Assembly (NCBI GenBank): GCA_964394405.1
Contig: CAYMVY010000001.1
Coordinates: 233,219 to 297,218, forward strand
DNA: 64,000 nucleotides
From: an uncultured Gammaproteobacteria bacterium
Lineage (GTDB): Bacteria; Patescibacteriota; Patescibacteriia; Magasanikbacterales; UBA922
Direction: 5' to 3'
Notes under the pieces: model-generated
Seen by the model: only the letters and a program-made list of their open reading frames with translations
Databases searched by the model: none
What the model was told of the DNA's origin: nothing
Program-made: the position numbers and the translations under genes
In this document: positions 63,916 through 64,000 of the stretch, piece after piece
Numbering within the stretch: position 1 is the first letter of the stretch
Layout of the letters: each line of letters begins with the position of its first letter

Positions 63916-64000
63916 AATATTGTTTTTATGAGCTTAGTTAGACCGAGAAACTCGACTACGTTTTTCGTATGTGGTTAGACATAATGAGGACTATACACTA

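Overview
This is a 64-kb window from an AT-rich, compact bacterial genome. Gene content and style (small genes, a minimal pentose-phosphate set, a cluster of DNA-repair glycosylases, type IV pilus parts plus many pilin-like paralogs) suggest by inference a CPR/Patescibacteria-like organism. I cannot confirm the lineage from sequence alone.

The housekeeping backbone is clear. It includes rpsF-ssb-rpsR, an ileS-pepA-ruvA operon, gyrA, rpsA, ftsH, thrS, trxB-rpe-rpiB, nth, xth, cspA, two tRNAs (His-GTG, Arg-TCT) and a Xer-like tyrosine recombinase.

The accessory content is richer.

1. A contiguous 8-kb tandem array of 11 secreted paralogs (6693-14892) shares a conserved C-terminal two-helix hydrophobic hairpin, reminiscent of TrbC/VirB2 conjugative pilins. 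Several carry variable Cys-rich ectodomains. On one side lie three type IV prepilin-like genes and galU; on the other lies a GT28 glycolipid synthase.

2. A family of imperfect-palindromic intergenic repeats built from AAAACTCAAA or AAAAGTC units occurs in at least seven copies. Two copies share an inverted identical 27-mer.

3. Three short GC-rich patches, unlike the rest of the window, encode a coiled-coil protein, a 4-TM protein and a small 2-TM protein. One patch is bracketed by 44-bp direct repeats that carry terminator hairpins.

4. T-box-like leaders (promoter, T-box-like GGGTGGNACCG motif, intrinsic terminator) lie upstream of both ileS and thrS.

5. A tRNA-His remnant sits next to an SPFH/zinc-ribbon two-gene module between two tRNAs and a recombinase.

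6. Tandem ATP-grasp paralogs carry a 64-nt identical tract, with a further ATP-grasp/PfkB cluster nearby.

7. A compact two-hairpin structured element lies between nth and an RNA uracil-methyltransferase gene.

8. A Gtr-like three-gene glycosylation module is present.

I saw no CRISPR array, rRNA gene or obvious transposase.
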